A DNA stretch of 64,000 bases from Hemiscyllium ocellatum (taxonomy: Eukaryota). Position numbers and translations under genes: made by a program. Below the pieces are notes generated by a model, which was given only the letters and a program-made list of their open reading frames with translations, was not told where the DNA came from and made no database searches. Location: the NCBI RefSeq assembly GCF_020745735.1, contig NW_026867489.1, positions 310,001-374,000 of the forward strand, read 5' to 3'. This document shows positions 23,700-37,249 of this stretch, one piece after another; the first letter of the stretch is position 1; each line of letters starts with the position of its first letter.

Positions 23700-26330
23700 A
23701 TCCAGATTTCCACTTGAATGAATCTATTAAATCGCCTGTTAGCCTTCTTCCCACCAATGAGAACAGGCCTACGTCCCTCAGCATTTTATTATAAGACCAT
23801 TGCTTCAGACCAGGCAACTTCCTGGTAAATCTCTTCTGCACTTTCTCCGATGCTTTCACATCCATACTTTAATAAGGCAGCCAGATCTGAACACAATACA
23901 CCAAGTGAGGCCGCACTAACATTTTGTACAGTTGCAACATGACATCACAGCTCTGGAACTCAATCCCTCTACCAAAAAAACCTAACACATTGCATGCCTT
24001 CTTAATCGTAATATTAACGTGGGTGGCAACTTTCTTGGATGCATGTACATGGACACCAAGATCGCTCTACACATCCACACTACCAAGAATCTTTCCATTG
24101 ACCTAGTATTCTGCCTTCCTTTTATTCTTCCCAAAGTGAATCGCATCACATTTATCTGCCTTGAACTTCACTTGCTACTTTTCTGCCCAGTTCTGCAGTT
24201 TATTCAAGTCTCTCTGTAACCTGCAACATTCTTCCAAACTGTCCACCACTCCACCGACTTTTGTATCACCTACAAACGGACTAATCCATCCACTTTTGCT
24301 TGCGTCCATGTCTTTCATAAAAATCAGAAACAGCAATGATCCCAAAACAGATCCTTGTGGCACACCACTAATAACTGGACTCCAGGCTGAATATTACCTG
24401 TACTATCGCTACTGCCTTTCTTCAAAAAAGCACAACATTTGCTCTCCTCCAGTCCTCTGGTACTAAACCTGTCGATAATGACGACTCAAAGACCAAGACC
24501 AAAAGCCCGGCCATCCCCTTACGAGCTTCCCAGAGAATTCACTGAAAAATCCAGAGAACTTATCTACCTTCATGGGTTACTCGAATTGATGACACCTCCT
24601 CCTTACTCATCTCAATCCTTTCAAGTCTAATACTCCGTATCTCAGTCTGCAATATTCCCCTTCTCCTGAGTGAAAACACATGAGAAATATGCGTTTAACA
24701 TCTCTCCGATCTCCACAGGATCCACACACAATTTCCCACTTCTGTCTTTGACACACCTTATTTCTACCCCGTCATCCTTTTATTCCTCACATACCTATAG
24801 AAAGCGTGAGGGCTCCCCTTCATTATTCCAACTAAAGACTGCTCATATATCCTCCTTGGTCTTCTGAATTCTCGCTTTGCACCCTTTCTAGCTACTCTGT
24901 TATTCTACATCGCCTCGACGTCACATCAGCATCCCTCTTCCACTTAACAAGAGATACAATTTCTTTAGTAAACCGCACTTCCCTTAAATTATTATTTCCT
25001 CCTTGCCTGGCATGGATATAATATATCAAAGACACACAATATATATTACTTAAATCTGCTCCACATTTCGATTATCTACATCCCCTGTGTTTTGCTGCCC
25101 AATTCTATGTCTCCTAATTGTTGCCTACTTGCATTATTCTTGTCCTCCCCCCACCTATAACTCTTTCCCGCTGTGGCATGCGCCTCTCACTTTCTATCGC
25201 TAAACTAAATGTAACTGACTTATTGTCAGTCTCTCCAAAGCGCTCACCTACCACTAAATCAAATGCCTGGTCTAGTTCATTACCAAGTATCAGATGCAGT
25301 GCAGCGTCCACTCTTGTCGGCCCTTCGATATACTGTGTCAGGAAACCCTCCTGCGCATAGTGGACAAAAAGTGATCCATCCAACGTATTCGAGTTACATA
25401 ATTTTCAGTTACTATTGGGGAGCTGAACGTCCCCGCCCCCGCCCCCCAATGATCACGCTGTTCCCTTCATTGCTGCCCAGAATCGATTTACCAATTCTAA
25501 CCTCTACATCCCTGGAACTTTTCAGAGGCCTATAAAATTTCCCAGCGGTGTTACCACTTCTCTTCTGTTTCTCACCTGAATGCATAACCAACTCAGTAGA
25601 CGAGTCCTCGTTAAATTTTCTTTCAGCGACCGTTATGTCGTCCTTGACTAACACAGGCTCAGCTCCCTCTCTGATACCACCTTCTCTTTTCTTAATGAAA
25701 GATGCAAAGCCTCGATTTTGCAACATGCTTTCCTGTCCTTGCTCTAACCATGTCTCAGTAATGGCCACAATATCGAATTCCCAGATACCTGAAACTCACC
25801 TACCTTATTCCAGATACTTCTGACGTTGAATTAGATAGATTTCAAATCTGTTTGCTGTCTGCCAGCACACTCCGGTGACCGTGAATTCCCATCCATATCC
25901 TCCCTAATCTTAACCACCTATACTTGAACAACAGCACAGGTTCTCACCCTCAAGCTGAACTAATTTAAATCAACCGGAATAACACTAGCAATATTAGCAC
26001 AATAATATTAGCACCCCTCTGGTTCAAGTGAAGACACTCCTTTTTAAAGTGGTCCCATCTTCCTAGAATGAACTCCAATTATTCTTTAACCTGAAACCGT
26101 CCCTCCTGCACCATCCCTGCAGACACTTGTTCAGCTGATATTTCTCCCTGTTCTTCAGCTCACTATCTCGAGGCATGAATAACAATTCAGAGATAACAAA
26201 TATGTTTGTTCTCGTTCTCAGCTTCCACTGGAGCTCTCTGAAATCCTGCCTTACATGCCTATCCGTCTTTTTACCTGTTTCGTTGGAACACATGTGGATC
26301 ACGACTTGCGGCTAGGCACCCTCTCCCTTC
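23700..26330 (-). mobile_element. Long decayed CR1 LINE (ORF1 esterase, endonuclease and RT remnants)
   Basis: In the expected order on the minus strand: ORF1-like VISELLFMPRDSELKNREKYQLNKCLQGWCRRDGF (~26100-26220), endonuclease-like MAITETWLEQGQ (~25760), RT PQGSVLGSLLFLIF...DTKVGG (24175-24363). Confidence 0.88.
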
Positions 26331-26569
26331 GGGACCCCCAAAACAAAGATAGAGTAGAAAAGATTCCACAACAGTTTACCACGGAAACCAATGAACAAGC
26401 AGACATTTTCTGGACTACAAAATAATCGATTGAATGATTGACACTGCAATTTTGGCGTCGATTCTGAGAGTGTGCAGATAGAAACTGTCATCCTTGATCA
26501 GTATTAATAATTGATGTTAATGTTTATCAATAGCTCATTTAAAAAAGCATTTTAAACAGGGAGGGTACT

Positions 26570-28400
26570 TGTTTCAAATGCGATTTTAACGCTTTTAAAC
26601 TCAGGAATAATTGTTTAGTCATGTGGCGACGTTGTCACTTTAACAAGGTTATTTTGACTTATAGGCATATATTTTTTAAGAGAAGTCCAAAAGGGAGAGG
26701 TGCCCAAATGTCTGGAGTGGACTTAGTATAAAAATAGCAGCGGAGCGACCAGTTTGCACAGTTCAGGTTTCTTTTTATTTTCCTTTTGTTCTAACATTGA
26801 AGAACTGAATTCCCGACTCAGGCGACTGACTGTGTGGAGTTTGCACGTTCTCACCGTGTGTGCGTGGGTTTCCTCCGGGTGCTCCGGTTTCCTCCCACAG
26901 TCCAAAGATGTGCGGGTCAGGTGAATTGGCCATGCTAAATTGCCCGTAGCATTAGATAATGGGGTAAATGTAGGGGTATGGGTGGGTTGCGCTTCGGCGG
27001 GTCGGTGTGGACTTGTTGGGCCGAAGGGCCTGTTTCCACACTGTAAGTAATCTAATCTAAAAGTGGATTTGAAGTTTCAGCACGTCGTTCCTGACTGGCT
27101 TTCTCTCTGGAATGTTCATGGAAACTGCTGCTGAGAGGGACTGTTTCATGATTCAGAAGTTGATACAGCTTGGCGTTTCTCTCTGAAACCTCACCTCCCG
27201 GAATTTTGAATTTACATTTTGTCAAGCGCTGTGTTCATGGGATGATGCTGGAATTGAAAAGGCTCTTTGGTTAAGAGGAAAAAGCGAGCACTGCGGATGC
27301 TGGAATCAAAACGTGTGACACTGGGAAAGCACAGTCGGTCAGCAAGCATCCACAGAGCAGGAGAGTCGACCTTTTGAGCATGACCTCTGACATTCATTTC
27401 TCGACATTCATTGATTGCTCAGTGGAATGGAGCAGATTTCAACAGACAGGATCCTTCCTTCTAACGCGATTTAATGCTTTTGTTAAACTCAGGATTAATT
27501 GGTCAGTTGTGTGAAAATGCTGCGACATTCCTCATGACTAGCTTATGCTCGGAACGTCGACTCTTCTACTTCTCAGCTTCTGCCTGACTGGCTACGCTTT
27601 TCCAGCGCCAGACCATTTAAATCCTGAGTTAAGTTGTGGTATTGAATCATTTGCGATTTCAAGCAATTAAGTTATTCTAAATTATGCTTTCTTTTACTGA
27701 GGTTTAAACTGCAGTGTTTGAATAAATTTGGTTTTGCTTCAAGCCTAGCGGTTAGACCAGCTGCCTTACAGCCCGAAAATCCACTTCCCATCTGTCCTTC
27801 GAAAAACAGTAAAAGATGGAGTCTAAGTTACCTTCTTGAAATATATTGAAGGGTGCCGGCCTGGTCTGTAACAGACTGAGAGTCGTCAGATATTTATTTG
27901 GTCATTCCAATTTTGGATTAGGGTTTTGGACTCAAAGGCAGCGACATGTACGTACTGGTGTGATTTGTTCCGGTGGTGAATTCGTTTGAATTAAACAGTG
28001 CTTGTTGTAGTCAGTCACTAACAATTTCCCCGGTATTAGAAGTGAATTTTGGCGCTTCGCAAAGGTGAACAAGGTACACCCGTTGGAATTGGCAGACAAG
28101 TAGAGTTGAATATGCCTTATTTCGATATTTAAGTTTGCGGGAAAAGCCATTAGAACCTTTGGAAATGGCGAAAACTCCATTGAAAAGAAACAGCTTGCGT
28201 TACAGTCTAAAGGAAAAGAAAGGGAACTAGAAATTTAAAAGATTCAATTATGGTTAAAAGCGGAGGAAAGAGGAAAGGAATGAAATGTTTTTGAAGAACA
28301 AAAAGCAAAGCAGAGAGAGGAAAGGGAGAAAAACTTTACGATTCCTCCAAGAGAATCAAACAGTGAGAGATTTCTGAATATTGACATAGAAGTGGATCTG
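26570..28400 (+). mobile_element. Ty3/gypsy 5' relic (LTR ending ~27873, PBS-like, gag coiled-coil) with nested SINE and Penelope hairpin
   Basis: The LTR end gaaatatattgaagggtgccggcctggtctgtaaca resembles the ends at 52326 and 59192. An E/K/R-rich gag-like stretch lies at 28190-28350, and split hairpin arms at ~27290-27385 and ~27540-27610. Confidence 0.6.
26803..27060 (+). mobile_element. HE1/V-SINE, 5'-truncated
   Basis: V-SINE core gtgtggagtttgcacgttctcaccgtgtgtgcgtgggtttcctccgggtgctccggtttcctcccacagtccaaagatgtgc and an (aatct)n tail. Confidence 0.9.
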
Positions 28401-28599
28401 AGTGTCGTTATGCACCCTTCATTGAAGTTAAGCATCATGCTTATAGGAAAGTGGATGAAGTGTTGGATTTCAATGAGCAAGGCTGTTTTACAGCAGACTT
28501 GTGCTTTGTGAGATATGGAACGCTATGTGGAACGTTTCTTTTTCACATTATCTATGGAAAAGAAATCCGTGGCATCGATGGAATGGAACAATGTTTCAA

Positions 28600-29275
28600 C
28601 AATCTGACTCTTCGGATGGCACGTTTCTCATTTGATGTTAGGTATGGACGACTGGTACTGAACTCACTTGAGTTTTGAAGAATGAGAGGGAACTGATTCG
28701 AAACACTTTGAGATGGATTGAAAGTCTGCATGTATGGTGGGTGGGGGTAGACGATGGTTTGTGGATGAACTCGAACATTGGATAGCCTTCTCAGAATACA
28801 CAGTGTAAAATTAGGACTGATAGTATTCGAGATTTCTTCACGCAGAGAGTGGTGAACCTATCTGTGTCCTATGTGGAAGATTTTCAACGGGATTGCTGAA
28901 TTCCAGATAAATTCCATCAACAGCACTGTCCCGATCACCTCTTCAAATTGTTCAATCTGTTTGATCTGACCCATGCCGTGCCAACTGTCCCTGATTACTA
29001 AGTGAAGAGTAATTCTGTTCTTCTGAATATTATTAAATCGTTTCCCTGCCCTTAATGTGACACGGACTAGTCTGCAACTTTCGGCTTTATCCCAACCATA
29101 CTTCGTGAAAATTGGAACCACATTAGTTGTTCTCCACCCCTCTGGTACCTGTAGCCAGAATGAAAGCAAACGTTGGATCAGTATATTTTCGTTTCCTCCC
29201 TCATTTCCCACAGCAGACTGGGTTACTACGCATCCCGAACTTGGATATCCATTCTGATTTCCCATCTGAACCAAG
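28600..29275. mobile_element. Two abutting CR1 fragments in opposite orientation (+ 28600-28858; - 28858-29275)
   Basis: A CR1 3' tail on the + strand is joined to a minus-strand RT fragment WRTTNVVPIFTKYGWDKAESCRLVRVT. Confidence 0.7.
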
Positions 29276-32200
29276 AGTGAACATTAATTGAGAGGGTTTG
29301 AAACTTGAGGCGTTTGCAGTCACTTACCTTCTATGACAGTCACTATCATTCCAGGTCCAATCAGGGCATCTTATTTCCAAAATAGTGACACCTCTCTTAG
29401 TCAGCCCAGAACAACAAGCATTGATAGTTTATTATGTCTGCACTTGGTTCAAACCCCTCAGCTCTGCTGCTAATTACAGAAGAGATTTTAATAAATTAAC
29501 AGTATTACATATTTCTCAAATTCTGTTGTTGAAAGCAGTATTTTATGAGACTCGAGATCTTCACAGGTTAACTCTGGGACACGGTTCATAGATGATCACT
29601 TCATGGAAATGGGGGGAATACCACAAGGAGATAAGAGAAAAAGGAAAATTGAAGGAAATTGTGCCAAAGATACGGAATCTAATGGATACACTAAATTGTG
29701 TCCCCAGGTTCCAGCTCTTAGAAGTGGATGGCAATTTGTGCTCTGGACTCCAAACTGCATTTAGTATTCCCAACATTTACACACAGATTCTATTCACAAG
29801 AATAATAAAAAGTAGCATCTGTGCAAACTCGGGCATGTTCAAAATTGCAGATGTAAACGCTATACAACAGTAAAATTAGAAATAATAATGGGTGACAAAT
29901 GGTGTGAGATAGAACCATACGTTTGGCTACCAAGAGAATGCCTGGACTTTTTCCTTTGTTTCTGTAAACAACATGTAGGATTTTCTTTTGTATTGTGCAA
30001 TGTATTTGGCCATCACTCTGTAGTAGTGATATGCTTTCCTGTGATAGTGTCAATGCCTTCAATTCCTACACCTCGAATTTCCATTGTAAATGCATTTTAT
30101 TCTTTATTCATCCGGACAACAAACCTTATTCGGCTCGAAATATTCTTCCGGTCTCTCCTGGTCTAGCTTTGCTTGAGGAAATATCTGTCTGGGAAACGAT
30201 GACTCCAGTTCTGTATGAAATAAATGGCTGACGGTGGGTGAGACTGACTCTCCTTCCTGGTCATCTCTGTTGGGGTCAGTGTCATGGACTGACTGAAAGC
30301 ACTTGGAAATTAACCAGACAGTGGTTAATTGATAATCAGAGCAAAGGAATGCAACAAATGTTGCTAACCTTTGGCTATGTCAACAGGAGGCCTGGTCGTG
30401 GTCCCCATTACTTTGAATCAAAATAATGTCTACTTGTTTCATCGGTGCTCACGTGTAGCCAGATATACAGGGTGAAAATAACAAAGATTTTCAGGATTCT
30501 GCCACCTACAGATGATGATTTACATGATGTACAGACTCGGCCTGCAGATAAGAACTATTTAGGGACACGGAACCTCGCAGTTGCAATGAAATACTCGAAA
30601 GAATCGAGCAGATCTCCTCAGTGAATCTACTGAGATAATTGATGGGCGGCACAGTTCTCTTAGATCACACAGTATGTTATTCGAATGCTGCAAGTTTCAA
30701 AGCGGTACCCTGCAGCATTCTGTGAAACTGATGTGAATGTTGTTCACAACTTAGTTTGATAGCCATGGCATCTGTGATGTGATTTTGAGTCGGTGAATTC
30801 GCTTAATTTCCACTGCAAGTATGAGGAAAGAAATCGATCCCTGCACCTTAATTGGGCGAGGCATGACACGACAAAGTGATTCGCCAATCCACAGGCAAAT
30901 GGAAAAAAAAATACATTCAGAATAAACTGTCTGCCATTTGAGCCAATGTTTCTTGTGTCCTTCTCCAATGCAAACTGCAATTAATATGGAACTTCAGCAC
31001 ATTTCTGCCTTGGTACATGCACAGCTGCAGTGACAGAAATTATGCTGAACCTGAAAAAGAAATAGATATTTGGGATTTTTTTCTAAAAAAAAATCTTTGT
31101 GTTAAACTAGATTTACTTCGGCTATTCTGACACTGGAGCTGACACAATAACCTTGATCTCTGTCTATCAAAGCTAAACTCTTGCCAGGCCAGCACTGATT
31201 ACACGAATAAACCACTATTTTTGCTATACTGTTGACCTTCCACAAGGACACTGCGTCATGCCACACATTTGTTCGTATTGAAGTAGTCATCAGTTTTTGC
31301 ATGCGACTATACCTGAGCTAATATTATACTCTTACACAAACTGCATCGGTTTTCATAATACTCAACTGTTGATTACAATGGGCTTTTTCCAGTTATTCTT
31401 ACACTGCAGCATGCCACATTTTATATCTTATTGACCATGTCTCTCTGAGCTTGATGTTATAACTTCTAATCCATGTTTTACTAATTAATCTATATTGCTC
31501 CGCCTTTATTTCAGACACATGATTGTATGCATCATTTGTTTCCAGACGATAAATCTCGAAATCATTCTCAAGCAGTTTGGCATAATGTCTTAACTATGGA
31601 GTTGGTTAAAGGTCTGGAGCCACATTGAGGCCGTAAGTGGCAATCTTTCATGTTACTTGTATTTCAAATACTTACAATAGTGTCAAAAATTTTTCACTTA
31701 TCCCCATGATTATAGCACATTTGACAGGCAGATTTAAACTTATAAATGAACTGAAAACCTGTGTTAGGACTGCAACTCACTCAGGAGAATAATTCTGTAA
31801 TGCTATTGCAGGATTCCACAAGGCCCAACGTTCTTTCAGGGCACAGTGCCATCATGCATAACCTGTTGTGATGTGAAGCAAATAGAATTGGCTGAGGCTA
31901 GGGATTTGTGGTGGTCAGTACAACTCAAATAAAGAGTACCCATAAGCTGATCATTGTCTCTTGCTATTATGTGGGAGAATAACGTGACACATACTATGAA
32001 GTTCAGTATAAGTTAGTCTGATGTTGTGTAAGGTTGTATACTTGTGGGGACTGAAGATCGGTCTGTTCTTCCATCAATAAAAGCATGACTGATCTGCATG
32101 AAGTGGATTGCGAAATCACTTCGTGCATACTGCCAAATAACATATGCAGATATTCTGTTGAAATTCTCGACAATGAACTGAAGGTTTCTAACGAAAGCAC

Positions 32201-35050
32201 AATTGATATTTGATTGTTGATTTTACAAATAAATAGTGCCCGATCCAAGTGATGAGATCATTTATTTTTAGTTCAAAATGAACATTTTACCACTGAATCT
32301 ATAGATTCACCAGTACCGTGCAGCATTGTGATTGTCTCTCCACAATTGCACCACGAAATTGTGCTGACACAACAATGTTGAATGCTTGTGGGCAGGGATT
32401 CTGGAAGGTCCTGAAACCACAGCAACGATCACTTTCGCCATGATAGAAGAATGCCTGCCACTTGCCCGATCGAACTTGTCAGGAATAACCTGTTATTGAG
32501 AGCCTGTGCTGATTATTCATTCCTCAATCCAAAGGACAATGCTGGCAGAACTTGTTCAGGAAGCTTGTTCCATATGAGACGCCAAGATAAATAGCAGGCA
32601 GCAGATAAATTAGGAATGTCATCATGGGGAATAAAGTGAGACGCATCGTGGATATTCTCAAACACTTTTGTGCTGTCATCGTTAAGCAATGTTACGTTCT
32701 TTGTGACGACAGGAAACCAGAGGAGGCATGCCAGACGGAATTTTCTCGTTATGATTTAGACTTAAATTTTGAGATTTACTCAGGGATACTATATCTACTC
32801 TAGCCAAGAGTTCTGAATGCAAAACACATCTGCCCAGACCTGTTCCATAATTGTGTAGAGCAGGTAACTTCTATTTGTTATTTTTTCCATATACACATGA
32901 TGCAGTTAACAAAAAAGAGAAGCATTCCTCCAGGACCAAGTTGCTGCATGGATTGCACAAACTACATGATCACACAAATGACGGCATAAAGTGCATAAAA
33001 AGTGCAAAACATACAAATTGCAGTGTAATAAAAGAATGTTATTTAATAGACATTTTTCTATCAGCAATTCCAAACTGTGCAAAGAAATTTCAGATGTAAA
33101 ATAGTCCAATCATACAGTGTTAAGGAGCCTGATGGAAAGAAACTGCTGCACAGTCTGACCTTGAGAGACCCATTGCTCTTCTGCCAGATGACAGGAGGGA
33201 AAAGAGTTTGAGTAAGGGATGTGTGTTGTCTTCCACAATGGTCTTAGCCTTTTGGATGCAGCGTGTGGTGCAATTTAGATTTCGTTGTCATATGTACTCA
33301 ACTACTGAAATATAAAAATACAATGAAATGTGTGAACGTCACAATCCTTTGGAGTCAGAAATCGAAGAACGAGCAAAAGGAAAAATGAAACGCTTAGATT
33401 AGTCTCCTGATGAGGCCTCAAACCCAGAAAAGCAAATCTACGAAGTACATTCCTCAGTCTGCGCATACTCACGTACAGCAAGACCTCGTAATTCTGATGT
33501 AGTCAGTAAGCCAACGCTTCCACCGTCCGTTACATGGGGCCAGGCAGGGGTTGCAATCATGCCATCGCTGTTGGCACCATGTCACCATTCTTTTGCGCCA
33601 TATCGCCTGCATGGTTTTCCTGATACACTATCCCCCATTTATTGAGCGGTCAATTGTGTTTCCACAAAGTAACTTTGTGGTCATCCAAGATAGAGAAGTG
33701 TACTGTATTCCGCTGTTCGTTATAGTGTGTAGGCCTCTGAGTTCCACAGTTTTGAGGAAGCAGTGCAGAACGTTGATCCAGTAAGTTTGTTTATTTTTTG
33801 TGCTGGCTTTGACCCTTTTAGAACTTTTCTTCGGATACTACAGAAAGGACGAGGTCCAATACCGAATCGTTTCGAATTATCTATGCTTGATATCATGACG
33901 TACACTTTGACATACGATGAACATACATAATTCTTTTACAACGCAGAAATTTTACAATCATTACACAATGCACGTGACTTCAGATGTAACCAAAATGTCA
34001 CTCCAAGTATGGCATAAGATTTTCTTGTCTTTGATGGGGATCGTCATCAGGATGTTCTCGGAATATGCTACCCGAGAGTCCCATGGAGACAAGTAATCAG
34101 CCTTTTCGACGAGGTTCTTAATCATAGCAGTTGCTTTTCTTTGTGTCGAAATGCTCCAAACCGAATCGAAACACAATATGCTGATTTTCTTCATCTAAGC
34201 AGCAACGCACGTCACAATAATGTTTACAAAATTAGGAGTTCATCGTTAATATGGCTGTTTCAATGCCTGTAATGCATTGGACAGTAGTGTAATTTCATCA
34301 ATGGGCGGGATTGTTAAATAAGTAAGTAAGCAAGTAAGGTGGACTCAACTTGATCTGCTTTTGTTGATCAAAAGTACATTTCCGTGTAATTGTGTATATA
34401 AATTGAATGAAATAATTTTAATGAACTAATGCACCCACGAAACCAGATGCATTAACAACCGTGACTCTGCTGACATGTTCATGCTGAGTGGAGCACTATG
34501 GAGCTGTCTCTTTGGACAGATTATTGGCCAATTATGATTGCGTATCAGTGAAGAAAGGGTTCACGCACCCTGAAAGCACCTGTTTTCAATTACCTATCCG
34601 CAGATTGAACTCAACCAATTGCATTACAGAATCTCAGAATCACGTTGCACTTGGTGAGTGATCAAGCAGAAAAAATAAGTTCAGTAGTGAAAAGGTGGTT
34701 GTGTCTTCCAAGACAATTTGCGTTTCTCAGGCTGGTCACAAGTTGGCACGCCTGCTTTGTCCCAAAGTCCAGTTAATCATCATGTTGTAAAAGGACGAAA
34801 TGCAACTGTGGTAGTTCCATAATCGTTGCCCGTTGTTTGTTGGAACAGTACCTTAGCCCTTGATAAAATATCAATTCCATCTCTTCGTAAACGTCAGTCG
34901 AACAGCTGGTGCACCGATCTGTTTTTGTTGAGTAAATGCAATTAATATGAAACATGAAATATCTTAATTATTTCCCTCGAGACTTGGCAACAACTATAAA
35001 CGTGAACATTTTGCAGTGAAGAGCATAATGCACTGCAGTTTGCGTTAGAA

Positions 35051-35120
35051 ATGCACGGAATACCGAAGGGTCTGGTGTGTGCCATTTACTATCCTGCTCT
35101 TGCAGGAGTCGGAGTGCCAG
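35051..35120 (+). CDS. GPR139-like GPCR, coding exon 1
   Basis: MHGIPKGLVCAIYYPALAGVGVP plus one base, then donor gtgaag at 35121. This phase-1 junction joins exon 2 in frame to give ...GVGVP-ANLTVIAILSRRKCGLS (TM1). Confidence 0.85.
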
Positions 35121-35740
35121 GTGAAGTACAAAGCTTCAGTCACAATTGCTTGAATCATGCATTTACTGCTTCAATTCTAACTTTCTTACTAACACATCTC
35201 GAAGATATATATTTTCTCTTTTTAATTAAGGATGTCCGCCACTTCAACTGTACAAATTGTTTCTCTTATATTGTTTCTGATTCTATACACTGCCTGTTTT
35301 CTAATTTGAGTGCTGTACTTCACAAGTTAACCTTAAATTCAAGTCATTGCCTGAGATTACTATTCATAAATAATTTAATTTCCCACATTCACCGTGCTAT
35401 TTCCCCAGCATAATCGTTAATTTCTTCTCATGACCTGCTTCATTTACTGCTGCAACGTTTGTGTCACAGGGGCACTTCACCATTTTCAGACATATTCCTC
35501 ATTTCGCTTTATCATCTCAAAAATAAAATATTGTTCTCCTGTTTTATTCACAGTCATTTTGGGGGAGTTATGATCGTGTTATCACGTTTGGATGCAAGTA
35601 TGCTGTATTATTCGGAATATTTCGAAGGGCCAAATGGCACAAAATTATTGCAATGGAAGTATTATCAGTGTTACTGTGGATAAAGTATTATAGCACTTCT
35701 TGCTGATGATGAATGTTATCAGCATGGAAGTGTGGGCCTG

Positions 35741-36027
35741 ATTAGATTACTTACAGTGTGAAAACAGGCCCTTCAGTCCAACAAGTCCACACCAACTCTC
35801 CGAAGAGCAACCCATCCAGAAAAATTCCCCTCCATTTACCCCTTCACCTAACGCTACGGGAAATTTAGCATAGCCAATTCAACCAATTGGCACATTATAG
35901 AATTGTGGGCGGAAACCAGAGCACCCGGAGGAAACCCACACAGACAGTTTCCCGAGATAGGAATTGAACGCGGGTCCCTGGCGCTGTGGGGCAGCAGTGC
36001 TACCCACTGTTCCAGCGTGCCACTCAC
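35741..36027 (-). mobile_element. HE1/V-SINE with tRNA-like head (intronic, antisense)
   Basis: Reverse complement of the HE1 tail (ttagattacttacagtgtgaaaacaggccc) and head (ggaattgaacgcgggtccctggcgctgtggggcagcagtgct). Confidence 0.85.
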
Positions 36028-36030
36028 GTT

Positions 36031-36267
36031 TTTAGATTAGAATTTCTATAGTAGGGAAACAGGCCCTTTGGCCCAACAAGTCCACATCGACCCTCCGAAG
36101 GCCACCCACCCACACCCGTGCCCCTACCATATATTTACCCGTGACTATCACAGCTAAAATGGGCAATTCACCTGACCTGCACATCTTTGGACTGTGGGAG
36201 GAAACCGGAGCACCCAGAGGGAAATCCACGCAGACACGGGGAGAACATGCAAACTCCACACAGACAG
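36031..36267 (-). mobile_element. HE1/V-SINE, 5'-truncated (intronic, antisense)
   Basis: ggaaacaggccctttggcccaacaagtccac...gagaacatgcaaactccacacagacag. Confidence 0.88.
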
Positions 36268-37249
36268 TATGTTGGGTTATTCTCAGCTTTCTGTCCATAT
36301 ATTTGCCCATTGTATTACTGACCATGCAACAGTTACGGAATAATTTTCAAAATACATCATTGAGTGAGAGAGTGGGTGTTTTACGTTATCCATTCACACC
36401 TCCACTGGCTGGTCCAGTAATAACTCATCTTCCTTCGTTGACATCATGCACTTGCTTCTTGAAATGTTCGTGTAATCAACTTTAGGTTGATACAATGTCA
36501 AGGAATTGACACTATTCCCAACAGCATTGTCGGCCTGAACGTAAGTTAGAGCAATGGATGAAGAAAGTAGTGCACAGCTTCTGAAGAATAATTCGGTAGG
36601 GATCGGTAAGAGAAATGGTTTCAATTAATGAGGTATTAACAAGTCTTGTCCTTGACCACTGTTGTGATGTGTGTGTCATAGTTTTTGCTAACATGGTGTC
36701 AATTAAATCGTGATGGAGTAATTCCCAAATAGAGAGTTTTGGACCCTTGAACCAGTCGTTAGCGAACTGTTGACAGATATAGAAGCAAAATATGTACTCC
36801 AGATTGGTTATTGTTATTTTCCTTTGTCTCAAAAAGCACTGTTTACGTTTTCAAACTGTTGTCCCTGCTTCAGGTTCTCACCCCAGCTCTGCCCTTACAC
36901 ATTGATAACTGTTGATGCTTCCATCATATTGTTTACTAACGCAGAATTTATTTCTGATATGGAGAGCTTGCAATGTCTCACATTTTCCTCATCATGAATA
37001 GTTTCGACATATTGACACAGAACAGAGAGATTCAAATAATCAAATGGGCAATAGCATCTTTAAAAAGGACTGATAGTATACTTTCATAATTTTTTTATTG
37101 CAGCCCATGCTGGCCTCATCCAGCAAGCTGGCTTTCCAAATGGTCAATCTTGCGGCAAGTTGGGATACATTACTAACTTTCTAGACATAGTAATCTGATT
37201 GTAATTCGCGCACAGTTTGAACAAAAAGGAATGTTCGAAGTCCAGACTT

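Noticed and set aside
35950-36027. tRNA gene
   Set aside because: It is the tRNA-derived head of a SINE (likewise 43711-43770).
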